Assembly: GCA_963514005.1 (NCBI GenBank)
Contig: OY740783.1
Coordinates: 43,214,001 to 43,278,000 of the forward strand
DNA from: Raja brachyura
Taxonomy: Eukaryota
Direction of reading: 5' to 3'
DNA length: 64,000 nucleotides
In this document: positions 62,281 to 64,000 of the stretch, piece after piece
Position numbering within the stretch: the stretch's first letter is position 1
Layout of the letters: each line of letters opens with the position of its first letter
The notes under the pieces: model-generated
Told to the model about the DNA's origin: nothing
Seen by the model: only the letters and a program-made list of their open reading frames with translations
The model's database searches: none
Made by a program: the position numbers and the translations under genes

Positions 62281-64000
62281 ATCAAAAAAAATATGCAGCC
62301 AGAATAGATAGAAAATCCTTCCAGCATTGAAGGAGACATCTGTGCTCAAACTTCATAGGTATGCCTGAAACATATTCAAAACCATAAATTTTATCCCAAC
62401 GTCCACTAGCATGGAATACATGCCCTTCTTTAGTTAAGATAATCCTTATATGGTGTACATCTGGAAAAAAATGGATGTCATATAGGACAGGAAGCTCAGC
62501 AAGCATTCCCCATCCTAGTTCTTGGCAAAATGGTGAAAATCAGTCAACACAACACTTACAGCTTGTTGATTGGAAACTCTGCTTCTTTTTCATCAATATT
62601 ACATTTGTTGACACTAACCAGTGAAATTATCTACTTATCCAATGAAGGACATTTTAGGAAAATTAGATGAGTTGCATCCCATAATGCTTAGATTCTTATT
62701 TTTTCTTTAAAATAAATAATTTATAGAAACTAGCATTTATCTACTATCTATCCCTTGCTGATGATAAAATGCTTCAACTGCAATTACATACTTCAAGGTT
62801 TATTTTTTATTGTAATGCAAGTATACCTTTAATAGTTAAATTATCCAAAATTAATTACTAGGAATCAGAAATCATTTCAAATAACTGAAAATATTTAACT
62901 ATTTGGATTTTCTTAAATTCAGTTTTTCCTGAAAATAAAGTAAGTTGAGTGTAATCTTATTATTAATTTTATTAATTATTTTCAAAGATAGTGTGTAGGT
63001 ATACTTTCAGTATTTTTGCTTTGGCATAGAAGTTAGTCAAGGTTGAAAATTGTTAAATTCTGCACGAAAAAACATGTTCCATTCACCTTCAAAATCTGAA
63101 ATATCTCTAATGGTATTTAGCTGTGTTAATATGTATCTTAATATGAAAGATGATCAGTGGAAAGGGAGCAAAGGGCATAGAGCTCAACAAACAAAAGTGA
63201 AATGGAATGAAATGTATTACAGGTCAAACTATGATCAGCATGTCATAAATTTGGAAGCTCTGTAATTGGGTCAATAGCAGCATAAAATATTATTGCTTTG
63301 TATTTCACAATATTAAATGACTTGCTGATTCAAATACTTTACACTGGCCTGTACTGACAAGTTAGCAAACTAAATCTTAACTATTTGCTTTAATAAAAAT
63401 AGGTTTATATCTGCCATTTGATTCCCAGGCATATAAGAAGGTATCAGAAAATACATTAGCACAAACTTGTTGAATTTAGTGACAATTCCTGAGGCAACGG
63501 AGACAGCAAGAAAGCCTGATTGCCATGTCTGAATTATTTAAAGAACACTGACTATGATCTGAACAGTTGCTGGCCTTAACTTTAAATAGGACTGCCATTG
63601 ACTTTGACTGTAAGCCACATTAAGGGAATTGATAAAACTCTGCATCCAACACAAAAAGCAATTGAATCCATGTTAACAGATATATATAAACCATTCAAGT
63701 TAAAACACAGGGAAATTGTAATTCTGATCATAAATAGGATGAACTGACAGAGTATTGTATCAATTAAGGTTTTAGCCATTGTTTATATTTAATCCTACAC
63801 AAAACATTTTATTCCCGCTTTCAAATTATATCGTGCTTCCCCTTCACATGACAACTTCTTTAGCCCTACAGATTTTTATCTGATTTAAAAAATAATTTTT
63901 ATCAATGTGAACATTTATACAGGTTTGAAATAATAGTTTCTTGCAACTTAAAATAGCAGACAAGGGAGCCAGAGTTTTAACTACCAATATGATTCACACC

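Overview
Eukaryotic (vertebrate) genomic DNA. The repeat families (HE1/V-SINE-like, CR1, Penelope-like, Rex1/Babar-like, Deu-SINE-like) suggest a cartilaginous fish, probably a skate or ray; this is an inference. The whole window lies inside one minus-strand gene of the TRIM36/TRIM46 family, most likely TRIM46. Six consecutive internal coding exons with GT-AG boundaries and matching phases can be read: B-box1, B-box2, two coiled-coil exons, COS and FN3, totalling 1257 nt. The RING and SPRY exons lie outside the window. The introns (2249, 354, 24790, 5325 and 20648 nt) are packed with nested retroelements. Points of interest: (1) well over a dozen Penelope-derived modules carrying a minimal hammerhead-ribozyme core, many as inverted pairs and two split by insertions at the catalytic GAAAC-GTC core; (2) a ~480 bp element in two co-terminal copies that looks like an internally deleted derivative of a Hero-type non-LTR retrotransposon; (3) a TRIM protein mixing TRIM36-like and TRIM46-like features, with a tandem splice acceptor; (4) matched inverted CR1 pairs bracketing three exons. 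Most ORFs in the supplied track are transposon remnants or chance ORFs. Family names and human comparisons come from recall, not database searches.
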